Below are positions 61,766 to 64,000 of a stretch of DNA of 64,000 nucleotides, piece by piece. A model generated the notes under the pieces. The model saw nothing but the letters and a program-made list of their open reading frames with translations, was not told where the DNA came from and made no database searches. Made by a program: the position numbers and the translations under genes. The stretch lies in the sequence record MZ475898.1; one strand, given 5' to 3'. Positions within the stretch are counted from its first letter, which is position 1. Each line of letters begins with the position of its first letter.

Positions 61766-62347
61766 TCACACGAGCAGGCGTCCTGCGATAGTGATCGCCA
61801 CACCGTTAAGCGTAGTATCAGCAGTATCAGGCGCAACGATGCGAAGCTGATCACCAGATACGAGAATGATTTCCTGATCTTGGTAAGCAGCAAGCGGAGC
61901 AAATACGCCAGATTTTGAACCAGCACCGAATGAGACGGTACCAAGCTGGATAACAGCCGCAGTTGCAGAGTCATACGCGCTGATCTTAAAAGCAGAAGCA
62001 GCGGTAGCAGCAACGTCGGCAGTAGCCAGAGAACCTGCAAAGTTTTTAGTGATAGCTGTTGTGCGCACAGAGAGGAAACGAGAAATCTCCTGGCCACCAG
62101 CGTAACGCTTGAGCACGTTCATGCCCAAGTCGTATGGGTTGTATGATTGTAGTTGATTAACCCACTTTGCTCGCACTTGGCTATACACGTATAAGCCAGG
62201 CTGGTTAGCACCAGACACAGCAGTCAGGTTCCACACGCGGCCGTTAGTCGGGCTAGCAGGGAAAGTTGGGCCAGAAGAATTGGGATCACCTGGGGCGCGA
62301 ATAATCTGAGAGTTCACACCTGCAAGCTGTAGACCGTAAGATAACAT
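61766..62347 (-). CDS. putative virion/tail protein (193 aa)
   Basis: FPASPTNGRVW...GLYVY...KW; C-terminal jelly-roll-like LRIVAPDTADTTL. Confidence 0.65.
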   Translation of the reverse strand: MLSYGLQLAGVNSQIIRAPGDPNSSGPTFPASPTNGRVWNLTAVSGANQPGLYVYSQVRAKWVNQLQSYNPYDLGMNVLKRYAGGQEISRFLSVRTTAITKNFAGSLATADVAATAASAFKISAYDSATAAVIQLGTVSFGAGSKSGVFAPLAAYQDQEIILVSGDQLRIVAPDTADTTLNGVAITIAGRLLV

Positions 62348-62358
62348 CAGTATTCTCC

Positions 62359-62580
62359 TTAGGCGATTCGCACTTCACCAGTCACCGCGTACGGGAAGGT
62401 AATCTTAACAGTGTCCGAGTCAACGATGACTACATCCAGCGGCAGCACTTGATGTAGCTTACCATCAGGTTGCATAGTGCATGTAGTCACGGCGACAGGA
62501 CGCCCGAAGTTGTGCAGAATCGTCCATTCAGAAGCAGGCGTGTCTTGCTTGAAGCTACGCCCCATCGAATAGTTGAGCAT
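62359..62580 (-). CDS. single HNLG-type beta-sandwich virion protein (73 aa)
   Basis: WTILHNFGRPVAV...DSDTVKITFPYAVTG. Confidence 0.7.
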   Translation of the reverse strand: MLNYSMGRSFKQDTPASEWTILHNFGRPVAVTTCTMQPDGKLHQVLPLDVVIVDSDTVKITFPYAVTGEVRIA

Positions 62581-62601
62581 AAGAGCCTCGCGATTGTGGC
62601 G

Positions 62602-63198
62602 TTAGTACAGGATTACAGTGCCAGACTCAGGATTGTCGAAGGTAATCGTCAACTGGCTGGTGCTGTCATGCACGATAGACTTAGGCTGTACTTCGTTCGC
62701 ACCTTGATAGATACGCACCGCAGGGTTATAACCGAGATTATGCACAACAACCCACGTAGCCAGATTCTCATAAGATGCAGTGAATGCAACGGTAGGAGTA
62801 GGCAGACCTGACTCAACGCCAGACAACAGTACAGCAGTACCGGCCACGGCAGAAGGGAAGAGGACAACGATGTTGTTAGCATCATCAGCGTGAATTGAAG
62901 ATGGCTGCACCACGTCACCATTCTCATCGTAGCACTGTACGATAGGCGTAGCGGTATTCATCTTGTGGTTAATCTCCCAACGAGACGAAGCGGTAGGCTG
63001 CGAGTAGCGAACCATAGTCATCTGTTGAGTTAATGGAACCCAGACAGGAACATCTTCGATAGACACGCAGAACATCAGACGCTTGTCCATGAAGATAGCC
63101 ATACCAGGCTTAGGGTTAAGAGGCCAGTCAGTCGCTACATCAAACGCGAAGTTAGCAAGTGAGCCAAACTCTAAATCAAGAGTCCCTAGGACTTTCAT
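62602..63198 (-). CDS. virion protein with two HNLG-type domains (198 aa)
   Basis: WEINHKMNT...DANNIVVLF and WVVVHNLGYNP...STSQLTITF. Confidence 0.7.
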   Translation of the reverse strand: MKVLGTLDLEFGSLANFAFDVATDWPLNPKPGMAIFMDKRLMFCVSIEDVPVWVPLTQQMTMVRYSQPTASSRWEINHKMNTATPIVQCYDENGDVVQPSSIHADDANNIVVLFPSAVAGTAVLLSGVESGLPTPTVAFTASYENLATWVVVHNLGYNPAVRIYQGANEVQPKSIVHDSTSQLTITFDNPESGTVILY

Positions 63199-63218
63199 AA
63201 ATCTTTCTCCTGAGAGGT

Positions 63219-63248
63219 AAAAGGGGCAGGCAGAAGCCCACCCCTTTT
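63219..63248 (-). terminator. intrinsic terminator
   Basis: On - strand GGGGTGGGC-TTCT-GCCTGCCCC-TTTT. Confidence 0.75.
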
Positions 63249-63261
63249 GTTTGTGTCGTTA

Positions 63262-63999
63262 TTACTCAGCCGGAGTATAAGCGTTCGCACCAGTAACGAA
63301 TGCGATTGCCACTTTCTTCTCGGTGGTCAGTTCAACACGCAGCGTGTTAGCGTCAACAAACACGACCTCATCAGGGATGATCTGATAGCCGGTATCATCA
63401 ACGACGGTAACGGTACCGTATTTGACGCCTGCATTGTGTGCGAAGGTGTGAGTGGTATTAGCCACGTCACCGCTTGCAGTTTTGTCGTACTGGTACAGCT
63501 TAGCAGCAGAACCGCTTGAGCCAGCAGCAATCGCATCGTCAACATATTTCTTGCTGACAACAGACTCATCAACCAGCGCTTCGGTGCCGGTCAGAGTAAG
63601 GGCTTCGACAGCGCCGCCTTCACCAGCGATGAAACCAGCGCTTTTTAAGGCGTCTTGGTCCACGATGATTTTGCTGTTGGTAGTGTCCTGTTTCAGGCCA
63701 GTACCCAGAGCAGCGCCTGCAATCTGCGCATAACCAACGCCACCATCAGTGATTGCCAGACCATCAGCAGTACGTGACAGAGTAGCGCCGTCCAGTTTAA
63801 CGCGAGTAGCACCAGCGTTATCTTCCAGGCCACCAGCAGCGTCCAGCTTAGCAGTAACAGCGTTGCTAGTGATTTCGATACCAGCGCCAGTAACCACGTT
63901 AACGACGTTCGAAACTTTCTCCAAACCATTGCCTGGGTTGAAGTCAGAAGCGCCGCCGAAGGTAGTCCACTGAGTAGCGTCGAAGCGACGGTATTCTTT
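63262..63999 (-). CDS. tail fibre-like protein, 5'-truncated by the window
   Basis: Frame open to the window end; WTTFGG...GNGLEK, AGAGIEI repeats; C-terminal HNLG-type domain. Confidence 0.7.
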   Translation of the reverse strand, partial: KEYRRFDATQWTTFGGASDFNPGNGLEKVSNVVNVVTGAGIEITSNAVTAKLDAAGGLEDNAGATRVKLDGATLSRTADGLAITDGGVGYAQIAGAALGTGLKQDTTNSKIIVDQDALKSAGFIAGEGGAVEALTLTGTEALVDESVVSKKYVDDAIAAGSSGSAAKLYQYDKTASGDVANTTHTFAHNAGVKYGTVTVVDDTGYQIIPDEVVFVDANTLRVELTTEKKVAIAFVTGANAYTPAE

Positions 64000-64000
64000 G

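Noticed and set aside
1-64000. CRISPR array, tRNA or rRNA genes
   Set aside because: No regularly spaced direct repeats and no cloverleaf or T-loop consensus recognised by eye; tRNAscan would be needed to exclude them fully.

Overview
64-kb segment of a large lytic dsDNA phage genome, probably a jumbo myovirus. The gene content and the whisker-like paralog array resemble 'hairy' Erwinia/Dickeya-type jumbo phages (inference, not searched). The + strand (1-45957) carries a 5'-truncated DnaB helicase, an intein-containing terminase large subunit, a probable portal, a 5'-3' exonuclease, a macrodomain protein, a frameshifted small primase, a Dam-type methylase, dCMP deaminase, ThyA, MazG, ParB, an intein-containing C5-cytosine MTase homolog, ASCH, DUF4326, an HD hydrolase and many hypotheticals. 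The - strand (46016-64000) carries holin/spanin-like genes and about 20 paralogous virion fibre genes. The main candidate system is a split DNA hypermodification pathway. A CmoA carboxy-SAM synthase, a glycosyltransferase, a DUF1611 protein and a glutaminase-less asparagine-synthase-type amide ligase (12544-16503) sit 15 kb from a C5-MTase whose motif X Asn is replaced by Arg, the known carboxymethyltransferase signature. This predicts 5-carboxymethylcytosine that is further amidated and possibly glycosylated or acetylated. Other notable items are two recurring promoter-like motifs, four RBS-sequestering hairpins with the putative late promoter in the loop, a free 45-aa peptide matching the NrdA redox tail, a stand-alone sheath C-terminal domain and several anti-defence candidates. 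No tRNA, rRNA or CRISPR array was recognised. All family calls come from motif recognition by eye; no database search was run.
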